In this document: one piece after another, positions 49,219-59,631 of the stretch
How the letters are laid out: each line of letters starts with the position of its first letter
Numbering within the stretch: the stretch's first letter is position 1
Assembly (NCBI GenBank): GCA_949296705.1
Contig: CASFOW010000045.1
Span: forward strand, 4,234-68,233
Source: an uncultured bacterium
Lineage (GTDB): Bacteria > Bacillota_I > Bacilli_A > RF39 > UBA660
Length of the DNA stretch: 64,000 nt
Reading direction: 5' to 3'
The notes under the pieces: model-generated
Databases searched by the model: none
What the model saw: the letters and a program-made list of their open reading frames with translations, nothing else
What the model was told of the DNA's origin: nothing
Translations under genes and position numbers: made by a program

Positions 49219-49995
49219 ATGTCAGAAGAAAAATGCATAAAAAGTATCACTAGAAAATCAATGCTTTATAAAACAGGAGTAGAATATGGAGACTATACTG
49301 CTAATTATGTTTTAGGATGTTCTCATGGATGTAAATATCCATGCTATGCATTTGCTTTAGCAAAAAGATTTGGAACAGTAAAAACATATGAGGATTGGAT
49401 ACAACCCGCAATAGTTTCTAATACAATAGAACTACTAAATAAAGAATTACCAAAATTAAAGGATAAAATAGAAAATGTTCAGTTATGTTTTACTACAGAC
49501 CCCTTTATGAATGGATATGAAGATGTGACAGAATTGTCATTAAAAGTAATAAAAAAAATTAATGAGTATAATATTCCATGCCACATTTTAACTAAAGGAA
49601 AATTACCTGAAAAATTACTAAAAACCTCTAAAATAAATTGGTATGGTATTACTTTAGTGTCATTAGATGAAGAATTTAGAAAGAATTATGAGCCTGGAAC
49701 ATGTGAATATATGGAGAGAATAGAAGCTCTAAAAAAACTTCATGATAAAGGATTTAAAACATGGGTAAGTATAGAACCTTATCCAACGCCCAATATCATT
49801 AATCAGAATTTAAAAGAAATATTAAATAAAATTGATTTTGTGGATAAAATTATATTTGGTAGATGGCATTATAATAAAAAAATATCAGAGTATAAAGAAT
49901 TAAAAAAATTTTATAATAGATGTGCTGACTATGTTGAAAATTTTTGCCAAGAAAAGAATATTCAAGTACATATAAAAAATAAAACAAAAAGTTGA
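49219..49995 (+). CDS. three-cysteine-motif protein (C-x3-C-x3-C), possibly a non-canonical radical-SAM-like enzyme
   Basis: GCSHGCKYPCYAF near the N-terminus. Translationally coupled to the upstream gene (2-nt gap). Confidence 0.4.
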   Translation: MSEEKCIKSITRKSMLYKTGVEYGDYTANYVLGCSHGCKYPCYAFALAKRFGTVKTYEDWIQPAIVSNTIELLNKELPKLKDKIENVQLCFTTDPFMNGYEDVTELSLKVIKKINEYNIPCHILTKGKLPEKLLKTSKINWYGITLVSLDEEFRKNYEPGTCEYMERIEALKKLHDKGFKTWVSIEPYPTPNIINQNLKEILNKIDFVDKIIFGRWHYNKKISEYKELKKFYNRCADYVENFCQEKNIQVHIKNKTKS

Positions 49996-50103
49996 AAATA
50001 ATTTGATAAATATATATAATATATTAAAGAAAAGGCGCTAGTACAGGCTTTATAGTTTGTATTGCGTTTTTTTGTTAATGTAGTGAAAGTGTGGTAGTAT
50101 AGT

Positions 50104-52086
50104 ATGATTAAAAGTGATAAAACAAAATTAGAATTAATTAGACTTGAAGGTATACGAAACTTAATAGTTAATAAAATTAATGAGGAACAATTGATTGAAA
50201 TTATAAAACAGGAATTTAATTTCGATTCAAAAAAGTGCTATGAAATATTAAAAAAATTAAATAGAAGCCAGTTAATAAAAATAATTGATAAAAGCAATAC
50301 TATTAGTTCAAATGATATTGATGAAACATATGAACAATATAGGTATGGTCTAAAGCCAGGATTTACTATTTTTACTTTTTTAAATTGTGAGTTAAGTGAA
50401 ATAAATAGTAATGAAATAACTAAAAAAATAGAGAATAAATTAGTTAACCTTCACTATTTTGAAGATTCTAAATTCAAATCTCTTACTTTAAAGAATATAA
50501 TGAAAATAAGAGATAATACATTTGAGTTTTCTTTTACGTATTTAAGTAAATACACATATATTAATGATTCCGATGAACCCGATTATATATATGAATTAAA
50601 AGATTGTTTTGTGTGGATAAATTTAAAAAATAATTTTTTAGCAATAAAAAATTGCCCAAATGATATTCAAAATAAACTTTTAAACTTACTTTCTAATATT
50701 TTAAATGTATCTTTATATAATATAAAAATTACCAAAAAGTTAATTAATGAAGTATTTAACGGAAAAATAAAAAAAGGTACTTTTATAAAACCAGATGCAA
50801 CTGATGAAGAAGTTGCTAAAATAATAATTGCAGATGAAGAATTGACTAAAAAAAGGATATATCAAGACAGCGTAAGCAGTTACGATATGTCCAATACTTT
50901 CTTGGATGAACAATTAGATGATAGTACTAAAAGCACACTAGGAATAAATTGTAAATCTGGTAAAATTTATTTAACAAAAAATGTAAACGCAACACAATTT
51001 AGAAACTGGAGTATAAATAACATAAATAAAATTATAAATTATCTTAATGATATTAATAATTGTAAAGAAAAAGATATTTTTCAATCAAGAAATATATTAT
51101 CAAATACGAATTATAGTAGTGATGAGAAAAACATTATTGAAAATATTTGTTACAATATATTCATGTATATAAATTCAGGAGAAACATCCTTCTTAATGCA
51201 AAAAGATGTTATGGTTATTAAAAACAAATTAAGGAGTAAGTTTTATACCCCTTTATTTGGTTTCTGCGATGTTTGTAAAGAAGAAACACAATTATTTTGC
51301 CCAAAATGTAATAGAAGTAATTTGAAATTAATAAAGAATGGTATTTATTGTATGGAATGTGATGAAAACATTTTGACTTTTTTGTGTGATGAAGGTCATA
51401 ATATATATGGTAATAATTTAGTTGATATAATAAGACTAATTCCACATCGAGAATTTATAGATGAAATTAATGGTTATCTTTTGACTAACTTTGGAGTAAG
51501 ATTAGAAGGAAGTTTTGTCTTGGAAAAAAATCATTTAAGCATTCATAAATATTCATCAGGAGAGATTCTTGATTATACAAAAATAGAGGAATTTAAAAAA
51601 ATTCATGAAATCAATAGTATAAATATTAAAGACCAACTAGATAAATATAATAAGATTAAAGAAAAATGTAAGAAGTGTAGTAATGATGAATGCTCTATAT
51701 GCATTAACAATACAAATTTATGTATAATGAAGTTATTTATAGGTTTTGGTAATTATAGGCCAAGCCCACATCAAGGTCAAGAGTTCGGCGATGTTAATTT
51801 TAAAATTACATATGAAGGAAAAGAATATAATTTTGTCGGAATTGCGAAAAGCAAACCTAAGTCAGGTATTTTAAATTTGTCGGATCAAGCCAGTAGGGAA
51901 ATGATACAGCAAATATTGATGATGAGTAGGGATAAAAGAGTTGATGTGATAGGTGCAATATGTCCTGCAAAATTTCATGATCAATTGATACAAGAATTAT
52001 ATTATTTAGCTAGAATAACACAGGTAAAAATTATAATTTTGGATGATATTTTTATGAGTAAACTTTTAACTTATCGAAATATATAA
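50104..52086 (+). CDS. large hypothetical protein with central zinc ribbons and a possible C-terminal PD-(D/E)xK-like nuclease region
   Basis: CDVCKEETQLFCPKCN...CMECDEN...CKKCSNDECSIC cysteine clusters. C-terminus ...GDVNFKITYEGKEYNFVGIAKSK. No RBS; the start is uncertain. Confidence 0.4.
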   Translation: MIKSDKTKLELIRLEGIRNLIVNKINEEQLIEIIKQEFNFDSKKCYEILKKLNRSQLIKIIDKSNTISSNDIDETYEQYRYGLKPGFTIFTFLNCELSEINSNEITKKIENKLVNLHYFEDSKFKSLTLKNIMKIRDNTFEFSFTYLSKYTYINDSDEPDYIYELKDCFVWINLKNNFLAIKNCPNDIQNKLLNLLSNILNVSLYNIKITKKLINEVFNGKIKKGTFIKPDATDEEVAKIIIADEELTKKRIYQDSVSSYDMSNTFLDEQLDDSTKSTLGINCKSGKIYLTKNVNATQFRNWSINNINKIINYLNDINNCKEKDIFQSRNILSNTNYSSDEKNIIENICYNIFMYINSGETSFLMQKDVMVIKNKLRSKFYTPLFGFCDVCKEETQLFCPKCNRSNLKLIKNGIYCMECDENILTFLCDEGHNIYGNNLVDIIRLIPHREFIDEINGYLLTNFGVRLEGSFVLEKNHLSIHKYSSGEILDYTKIEEFKKIHEINSINIKDQLDKYNKIKEKCKKCSNDECSICINNTNLCIMKLFIGFGNYRPSPHQGQEFGDVNFKITYEGKEYNFVGIAKSKPKSGILNLSDQASREMIQQILMMSRDKRVDVIGAICPAKFHDQLIQELYYLARITQVKIIILDDIFMSKLLTYRNI

Positions 52087-52408
52087 TAATTAAAATAAAA
52101 ATATACTTGCAATCTTCTTCAAATAGAGCTAACATACACTACAAGGAATCGATTTTTATCTAATATTTTTAAAAGATGCTATTCATCGCCCGTTATCATT
52201 AGAGTCGAATAGCTGAAATTTTTTCCAAAACATTTGTTTTTTTCTTTTATTGTGTTATACTATGACCAATTAAAGAAATAAAGTTAGGTGAGTGAGCTTT
52301 TCTTAGTATAAGTAATAATCTACTAATTTTGGTTGATTTAATTGCTCGTGTTCTTAAGATAAGAACATTAAAATTTAATATTATTTATTGTTATGGGAGG
52401 TAGATAGT

Positions 52409-53335
52409 ATGGATAGTCGATTAAATAACATGTTAAATGACTTTTTAAAAAAATCTGATGTTAAAACAGAAGAGGAACTTAATGAAAAATTACAAGAATT
52501 TGCTCAAAAATATAATGCTGATGAGTTAGAGTATGAAGAAACTGATTTAGATAAGGCATACGCACTATTGGAAAAAGCACAAAACGCTATTACAGAGAAG
52601 AAAGCTTTAAAATTAGCTAAAGAAGCTTATGAATTTTGCTCAGCTTGTTTTGATGCTTTACTATTTCAAGTAAATTTAGAAGAAGATCCTCTAAAAAGAG
52701 ATGAATTATTAGCTGAAGGATTGGCTAAGGAAAAGGAAAGACTACAAAAAGAAGGATTTTTTGACAAAGATAGTATAGGAATATTCTATGGTATTTTTGA
52801 AACTCGTCCTTATATACGGGGATTATATTTAAGAACAACTAATTTACTTGATGATGGTAAATATACACAAGGTATTGAATCTTGTAAAGAAATTTTGAAA
52901 CTAAATAATAATGATAATACAGGGGTTCGTTATTTGTTGATGGCTACTTATGCATTATTAGAAAATGAAAAAGAAGCTTTAAAATTATATAAACAATATC
53001 CTGAAGAAAATTTAGAAATGCTATTTCCATTATTTGCTTTATATTATAAATTAGGTAATGATGAAAAGGCTCATCAATATTTGGATAAAATTTTCAAGAT
53101 TAATCCTTATTTTGTTACTTTCTTGGAAAATAGCTATGATGATGATTTAGAAGATGATGATTTAATTCCAGGTTGTTATACAGTAGGTCGTTCTTCTGAA
53201 GTCTTATACTATATGGCTACTTATGGCTTTTTGATTTTTACTATGAATTCTTTTGAAGAATATGCTTTAGCTTATTACTATAAAAAAAACAAGAAAACTT
53301 CTAAAAATAAGCATAAAAAAGGAAAGTTGAGTTAG
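52409..53335 (+). CDS. alpha-helical TPR-like protein (hypothetical)
   Basis: RBS GGGAGGTAG before ATG 52409. Repetitive helical segments. A palindrome operator-like site lies upstream. Confidence 0.45.
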   Translation: MDSRLNNMLNDFLKKSDVKTEEELNEKLQEFAQKYNADELEYEETDLDKAYALLEKAQNAITEKKALKLAKEAYEFCSACFDALLFQVNLEEDPLKRDELLAEGLAKEKERLQKEGFFDKDSIGIFYGIFETRPYIRGLYLRTTNLLDDGKYTQGIESCKEILKLNNNDNTGVRYLLMATYALLENEKEALKLYKQYPEENLEMLFPLFALYYKLGNDEKAHQYLDKIFKINPYFVTFLENSYDDDLEDDDLIPGCYTVGRSSEVLYYMATYGFLIFTMNSFEEYALAYYYKKNKKTSKNKHKKGKLS

Positions 53336-53792
53336 CAGTTACCATAGAAAAAGTATAAAGATTACTGTAAATTATCAGTAGTCTTTTTGTTTTAATTAAT
53401 ATGATGGGTAATTATGATATATAGTTAGTTGTGGATCTAATATTAATGAATGTTAAATATGTAAAAAGGAAAAACAAGTGAGAATAATATTACCGCTCTC
53501 AAGAAATAACAGAAAATATTTGTTACAAAAAGGATGGCCTACTTTATTTATAGTGCATTCTCTTACCTGTTTTTTTGACGAATCATCTAATTTTGTGTAT
53601 AATTCAATTATATTATTCCTTATCGGGATATCCATGTTTATATTACAATACAGCTTAAAACTAGAGATAAATCTCAGAAATTATAATTGGTAGTATTAGG
53701 AAGGTGTTAAGGTTGAAAAAATAATTAAAATTTCAACTCAATTTGTGCCTTTCAGAGAACCGAAAGGACGTAGAAAGGAATGTTAGTTAAAA

Positions 53793-55370
53793 ATGAAAAT
53801 GTTAGAAGAAATTAAGCACTATGGAAAAGAAGGCGTGTATGATTCTTATCAACGAATTGTACCAACCATCAAGGACTATGAGAAAATAACGAAAACTAAA
53901 ATGCTTCAGGCTATATATAATGAATATCAAGATTATCATAATATTATTGATATTTGTACAGGACGTGAATTAAAATTTTTAAAACAGGTTTTATCCGGCA
54001 AGGTTGTATCTTTAACTCTTGAACAATTACGCGATGATAATTATGTAGATGAATATCTTTGGGAAAAAAGAAATTTAAGAGGAAAGTTTTTAGTTTGCTA
54101 TGATTATGATAGTATGAATCTCGTTGTACCCGAAGAGATTCTCCCTTTAGTCCAAAAAGCTGTTAAAAATGTTAACTGGAAAGAAAAAGATAAAAAAGAC
54201 AAACTAAATGAATTCTTAGTGGGTTTTTCTAAAACGATGGGTTCTATTATAGTGGATATATTACTTGGACTAGGCACACAAGTAACGGGAATGTCCGCTG
54301 AAGAAGTCTACAAACATATTTGCTATGACCGAGTATTTAACTATTATTTTTTCATGATAGAAGAGTATATCAAAAGTATGAATACAAAAAAGTTAGCGGT
54401 TATTGATTATGATTTTTTTGTTGATAAAAAGGAGTTAGACGCACAACGAAAAAAATTTGCAATGGCAGGAACTAGACCGGTTGATTTGAATATTTTCCGC
54501 ACCATTTTTTATCACGACTTTGATATTCATAATGCTAAGATCAAAAAGTTTCTTACTGAATTAGGTGATTTACAGATTTTTGAGGGTAATGTGTTATGGT
54601 TGGTAAAAAAATATGCCATGTTAAATAAAGATCGTACACCTTTAAAACAAGCAATCCAAAGTATTCCTGTATTAAAGGATGAAGATTTAACTTCTTTCTT
54701 TAAAGCATTGGATGAAGCTATGGATGAAATGCCATCAGGTGCTTTAAATGGTTTTACTCCTAATGAAGCTAAACAAAAGTTACAAGAACGTCAAGAAAGA
54801 GAAGCAAGCAAAAAGAAAAGTTATCAAAAACAAAAGGGTGCTTGTTTAACTGAAAAAGATACTAAGTTGTTCTATAAATTATATTTTGGTTTATTGGATT
54901 TTACTAATCAAAAATATAAGATTAAACAAGACTATAAGATTTATAAGCAATTAGGTTTAGATCCTCATGAACTAATAGACATTATAAATAAATTCTGGAG
55001 TAATAAAGAACAATTAATTATGGAGTTTAAGATGGCGAATCCTTATCATTTTTCTAAAGAAGAATTAAAGATTGTCGATCAATTTAGAAAGGGAATTAGA
55101 GATATTTATATTATTGCTAAGTTTGAATTAGAGTATACAGGTTTCCTTACTCAAGATAAAGTATATATGGTTAAAGGGATTAATGATAATTTAGATAATA
55201 TTATATCCTATAAAGAATTACCACAGGCTGTTTTTACTACGATTCTTCCCTTTAAAAATGTTCTCATTTATGATGGTATTTTTTCTGCTTTTCCTATCGA
55301 TCTAAAAAATAGTTATGGGAAAGAAATTGAAGAGGATTATAGTCGATTAATGAAATATTATCATTTATAG
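53793..55370 (+). CDS. hypothetical protein (525 aa)
   Basis: Long ORF with a short poly-A tract before the ATG. No recognisable motif. Confidence 0.45.
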   Translation: MKMLEEIKHYGKEGVYDSYQRIVPTIKDYEKITKTKMLQAIYNEYQDYHNIIDICTGRELKFLKQVLSGKVVSLTLEQLRDDNYVDEYLWEKRNLRGKFLVCYDYDSMNLVVPEEILPLVQKAVKNVNWKEKDKKDKLNEFLVGFSKTMGSIIVDILLGLGTQVTGMSAEEVYKHICYDRVFNYYFFMIEEYIKSMNTKKLAVIDYDFFVDKKELDAQRKKFAMAGTRPVDLNIFRTIFYHDFDIHNAKIKKFLTELGDLQIFEGNVLWLVKKYAMLNKDRTPLKQAIQSIPVLKDEDLTSFFKALDEAMDEMPSGALNGFTPNEAKQKLQERQEREASKKKSYQKQKGACLTEKDTKLFYKLYFGLLDFTNQKYKIKQDYKIYKQLGLDPHELIDIINKFWSNKEQLIMEFKMANPYHFSKEELKIVDQFRKGIRDIYIIAKFELEYTGFLTQDKVYMVKGINDNLDNIISYKELPQAVFTTILPFKNVLIYDGIFSAFPIDLKNSYGKEIEEDYSRLMKYYHL

Positions 55371-55550
55371 TTATCTATTAAATTATGACTAGCTATATTT
55401 ATAATTATATTGTAGTTTTATAGATACGTAAAAAGAATAAAATGGATAAACATTTATTCAATATATCCTGTTTTATTCTTTTCTTTTCTTTTCTTGCTTT
55501 AGTATATTCTTTAAGAAAATAGCCATACTATAGTTGAGGGGAGAAACTGA

Positions 55551-55784
55551 GTGAGAATAAGAGAAGGTATTGATTTAAAAATATTAGAATATTATCGATA
55601 TCACTATCAAGAAAACTTATTATTTCCTACTTATAAAAAGGTGATTAAAATTGGAACAAGACAAATTGTGATCGAAATTTTGATTTCTAGTAGAGAAATA
55701 TTTATTAATAAGAATGCCAAACTAAAGAAAAGCGAATATCAATTTTTACATGACCTTGAAAAAGATCATCTTTTGGTTGAATAG
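55551..55784 (+). CDS. small hypothetical protein (GTG start)
   Basis: RBS GAGGGGAG. 77 aa. Confidence 0.3.
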   Translation: MRIREGIDLKILEYYRYHYQENLLFPTYKKVIKIGTRQIVIEILISSREIFINKNAKLKKSEYQFLHDLEKDHLLVE

Positions 55785-55792
55785 TAGCTTTT

Positions 55793-56359
55793 CTATTTTT
55801 TATTTCTATTTTTAAATGGTAAGACAAGTCCCTTCTTTTTTTGTTTTTCGAATAGTTCTGCATCTTCCACTTGTTTTCCATATAATGATTCAGCTAGAAA
55901 AGTTGCGATACTAGCAATCATATCTACATCTTGATGAAGTCCGTATTCTTCAATAATCATATAGAGTACTTTTATATCTTCGAGCTTAAAATAACCTAGT
56001 TTTTTTGTGATTAAGCAAAGTAGAGCCACTTTTTCATAATCATCAGGTTGTAAGAAGGAAAATAAACTACTTTCTTTAATATCCTCTGGTGAAAGATTGT
56101 CTATTCTATTTTTTTTCTTATATTTTTCGAGCCATTCTACTCTAGTTAAATATCCTTGACTTCTTAAATTTCTAACTTGTTCATTTAAATTAATCAATTC
56201 GATAGTTATTTCTGAATTAAAAGTTCCACATTTTTTGGTTAGTTTAAATTCTATCTTTTTATTTTGTAGCCAAACGTCGTATATATCTATGCATAAGTAT
56301 TCTTTGTCGTTACATTCCCCAATCTCATAAGCAATGCCAACCAATTCTATATGTTTCAT
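55793..56359 (-). CDS. hypothetical protein (188 aa), divergent from the downstream four-gene cluster
   Basis: ORF. No motif recognised. Confidence 0.4.
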   Translation of the reverse strand: MKHIELVGIAYEIGECNDKEYLCIDIYDVWLQNKKIEFKLTKKCGTFNSEITIELINLNEQVRNLRSQGYLTRVEWLEKYKKKNRIDNLSPEDIKESSLFSFLQPDDYEKVALLCLITKKLGYFKLEDIKVLYMIIEEYGLHQDVDMIASIATFLAESLYGKQVEDAELFEKQKKKGLVLPFKNRNKK

Positions 56360-56520
56360 TTAACATTCTCTTGCTTTTTAAAGTAAAGTATTCCTAGTAA
56401 GCACATTTTCTTTTTATCGCCAATTATTTTGTATTATTTCTAACTTATTTATGGTATACTAAAAACGTTTAATGAACGAGGAATTTTAGTTATTTTTCTT
56501 AGTAATTGTTCTTATTTATC

Positions 56521-56548
56521 TTGACGTACATTAGTTTGATGATATACT
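56521..56548 (+). promoter_or_regulatory. candidate sigma-A promoter for the four-gene cluster (-35 TTGACG, 16-bp spacer, -10 TATACT)
   Basis: Sequence-read hexamers in the divergent intergenic region. Confidence 0.4.
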
Positions 56549-56583
56549 AATAATGAATGCTTATTGACTGGGGGTGATGTTAT

Positions 56584-58242
56584 TTGGAAACAAGAGAAAA
56601 AATATTAGAAGAGCTTAATCAGTCTTTACCTAGTTATGTATCTGAGAAGATTAAGTATGCGAGTGATACTTCTTTTTCTACTGATCAGAAAATGTTAATG
56701 AAATTAAAAGAAATGAAAAAAATTGCCGAAGATACCTATTTTCAAGTAGAATTTTTAGGGACAGATTATACGAAAATTAGAAATTGGATTTTTTTTCAAC
56801 AAGCAAAGTTTATGGTTGATGTGGAAGATGATTACCCGCAAGTGATTGCCCCAGTTTTTTTCTATTCTTGGGATTATGAGTCATTACGACCTCCGGAACT
56901 TAGAACTTATTTTACTTGGCGAACAAAAATTAGAAAAGGTGAGTATCCTAAAATTTTTAGTGGTTATCTTTTAATTTACACTGCGGAATTAATTAATTTA
57001 GTAGGCTTCGATTCTGTTTTTGATGCCTATTCGAAATTAAAAAAAATATTAGAGGTTTATTGGGATGATATTGAGGAAGTGTATTTTCGTCAGATTTTAT
57101 CGCTTGCTTTAAAAGATTTTATGATCAATTATTCTATTTCTGTTTCTTATGATGAGTTTCTTCCTCAAATATTATCTGCCTCTGATTGGGAAATTTATCA
57201 AGCTAGGATAAAAATTGCCCAAGGTAATTATCATGGACTTTTAACTTATCTGGATAAACAGGCTAGTTACAAAGTGAAAAAAAGTAAATTTTACGAGAGT
57301 AAATATGGATATTTAATTGAAGAAGTAATTCCTACTGTTTTTGAACAACTTAGTCGTTATTTTGCGGAACATAATGCCGATTTTAAATCTTTAGTTTTAG
57401 GTAAAATCCATACCATTTCAGATTATTCATTATTTCGCCAATTACCTTATGTGGAACAACGAGAGAATTATCAAAATAAAATCGATTTTTCTCCGATTGA
57501 ACAATATACTTTTGAAAAAGGAATTTGTAGTAAAAAACTATTTCTGGAAAGTCCTAATCTTCGTATCATTATGGGAATTATTTTAAAAGCTATAGAGATT
57601 AGAATTCGTGAAAAGACCAACTATAAACGAAAGTTGACTCTTAATTTGAATGATTTAGGAAAAATTGTGACGCCAAGAAAGGTATTACTACCGTTAGTAG
57701 AAGATAATAGCTTTTTAGAAACAATTAATCAAGCCGTTGATTTATTTTTAATAGAGAAAAGTAAACAAATAAAAGCGGAAGAATTAATTAGAAAAAGACA
57801 GAGTGTGGTTATCGATAAAGAATCGTTTCAAAGTATTCGTGCTTCTTCTATTAGAATTCAAGAAAGACTACTTACAGAAGAAGAAAAGACAGATAGTTCT
57901 GTTCAGAAGGAGGATACTTCATCATCTTTTCAAACAACTGTAGAAGTTTCTTCTTCTTTAATACCAGAACAAGATTCAACAGTAGAAATGGGAATGGATT
58001 TATTGGTTTGTCATTTAACGTCATTTGAAAAAGAATTTGTAGTAAATATTTTACAACATGCCCCAAGAAGCAAGTTAGAAGCAATTGCTAAAAAAGAGGC
58101 TCGTTTATTAGAAGTTATTTTAGAAGATATTAATTTAAAGGCTCTTGACTATATAGGAGATAATTTAATCGAAGATTTAGGTAATCAGATAAATATTTAT
58201 GAGGATTATTTAGGAGAGTTAGAGGAGATACTTAATCGTTAA
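56584..58242 (+). CDS. hypothetical protein (552 aa), first gene of the ATPase/helicase cluster (TTG start)
   Basis: RBS GGGGGTGA. No motif recognised. Possibly a TerB-N/TerB-C-type partner of DUF2791 ATPases (inference). Confidence 0.4.
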   Translation: METREKILEELNQSLPSYVSEKIKYASDTSFSTDQKMLMKLKEMKKIAEDTYFQVEFLGTDYTKIRNWIFFQQAKFMVDVEDDYPQVIAPVFFYSWDYESLRPPELRTYFTWRTKIRKGEYPKIFSGYLLIYTAELINLVGFDSVFDAYSKLKKILEVYWDDIEEVYFRQILSLALKDFMINYSISVSYDEFLPQILSASDWEIYQARIKIAQGNYHGLLTYLDKQASYKVKKSKFYESKYGYLIEEVIPTVFEQLSRYFAEHNADFKSLVLGKIHTISDYSLFRQLPYVEQRENYQNKIDFSPIEQYTFEKGICSKKLFLESPNLRIIMGIILKAIEIRIREKTNYKRKLTLNLNDLGKIVTPRKVLLPLVEDNSFLETINQAVDLFLIEKSKQIKAEELIRKRQSVVIDKESFQSIRASSIRIQERLLTEEEKTDSSVQKEDTSSSFQTTVEVSSSLIPEQDSTVEMGMDLLVCHLTSFEKEFVVNILQHAPRSKLEAIAKKEARLLEVILEDINLKALDYIGDNLIEDLGNQINIYEDYLGELEEILNR

Positions 58243-58308
58243 AGAATGAAAACAAAAAAGGAAACAAATAAAAAACTAGTAGAAAAACAATCAGAAGGAG
58301 GTTTTATA

Positions 58309-59631
58309 ATGAATGGTAAAGTACCAAAGCGAATCGCAACTATTTTATTAAATTCTTTAAAAGGTGGAGTTGTACCTAGGACAGGATTAGGCTATATTGC
58401 GGTAGGAAGAGAAAAAGAACTGAATGCGTTATTAAATGATGTGAATTTTATTGAAGAAGGGGGAGCTACTTTTCGTTTTATCGTTGGAAAATATGGAAGT
58501 GGAAAAAGCTTTTTACTTCAGATGATTAGAAACCATGTTATGGATAAGGGGTTTGTTGTTATGGATGCCGATTTATCACCGGAAAGAAGGTTAACCGGAA
58601 CGAAAGGGCAAGGGTTAGCGACTTACCGAGAATTGGTTCGGAATATGTCGACAAAGACTAAACCGGATGGTGAGGCCTTACCTCTTATTTTAGAAAAATG
58701 GATTTCTTCTATTCAAAGTGATTTATTAATGAATGAAAATATCAAAGTAGATGATCCTAAATTTTTTGAATTAGTTGAGAAAGAAATTTATCGGGTAGTT
58801 AGTCAAGTAGAAGGTATGGTTCATGGCTTTGATTTTGCGAAGATTATTTTGAGCTATTGGAATGGTTATAAAGAAGGTAATGACGAAAAAAAGGGAGCCA
58901 GTCTCAGATGGCTTCGGGGTGAGATAACTACCAAGAGTGAGTGTAAGGATCTTTTAGGTATCAACATTATGATTACTGATGATAATTGGTATGACTATGT
59001 GAAATTATTAGCTGTTTTTATGGTAAAAGCAGGATATAAGGGAATGCTTTTGTTGATTGATGAATTAGTTAACTTGTATAAGATTCCAATGACTGTCGCA
59101 AGACAGAATAACTATGAAAAGATTTTGACCATGTATAATGATATTTTACAAGGAAAGGCAGAGTACTTGGGAATTATCATGGGTGGTACTCCGCAGTGCG
59201 TCGAAGATACGAGAAGAGGTATTTTTAGTTATGAAGCATTAAAATCAAGATTAGAGGATAGTCGCTTTGCGAATGATGATGCCCGTGATTTTTTAGCACC
59301 CATTATTCGTTTAAAGCCACTAACTCCATCAGAAATGACGATTTTAGTAGAGAAATTGGCCGATATTCATGCCGATTTATATCAATATGAAAGAAGGGTT
59401 ACTTTAGATGAATTAGTTCAATTTATTCAGATTGAGTTTAGTCGAGTTGGGGCAGTAACTAATATTACACCACGAGAAATTATCCGTGATTTTATTGAAC
59501 TTTTAAATACACTTTATCAGTATCCAGAAAAAGATTTACTTACGCTTATTCAAAGTGATGAGTTTCAACAACAATCTCAGCCTTTTGTAAATCAAGACGT
59601 GAGTGATGAGTTTGTGAGTTTTGAACTATGA
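58309..59631 (+). CDS. P-loop ATPase, DUF2791/BrxD-like
   Basis: Walker A FRFIVGKYGSGKSFLLQMI. Walker B-like LLLIDELVNLY. Start set at ATG 58309 after RBS AGGAGG; the ORF opens at 58246. Confidence 0.55.
   Translation: MNGKVPKRIATILLNSLKGGVVPRTGLGYIAVGREKELNALLNDVNFIEEGGATFRFIVGKYGSGKSFLLQMIRNHVMDKGFVVMDADLSPERRLTGTKGQGLATYRELVRNMSTKTKPDGEALPLILEKWISSIQSDLLMNENIKVDDPKFFELVEKEIYRVVSQVEGMVHGFDFAKIILSYWNGYKEGNDEKKGASLRWLRGEITTKSECKDLLGINIMITDDNWYDYVKLLAVFMVKAGYKGMLLLIDELVNLYKIPMTVARQNNYEKILTMYNDILQGKAEYLGIIMGGTPQCVEDTRRGIFSYEALKSRLEDSRFANDDARDFLAPIIRLKPLTPSEMTILVEKLADIHADLYQYERRVTLDELVQFIQIEFSRVGAVTNITPREIIRDFIELLNTLYQYPEKDLLTLIQSDEFQQQSQPFVNQDVSDEFVSFEL

Noticed and set aside
53453-53693. Overlapping 60-aa (-) and 71-aa (+) ORFs
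   Set aside because: Only one can be real, if either. The plus-strand one has a GTG start with a modest RBS. Evidence is insufficient to call a gene.
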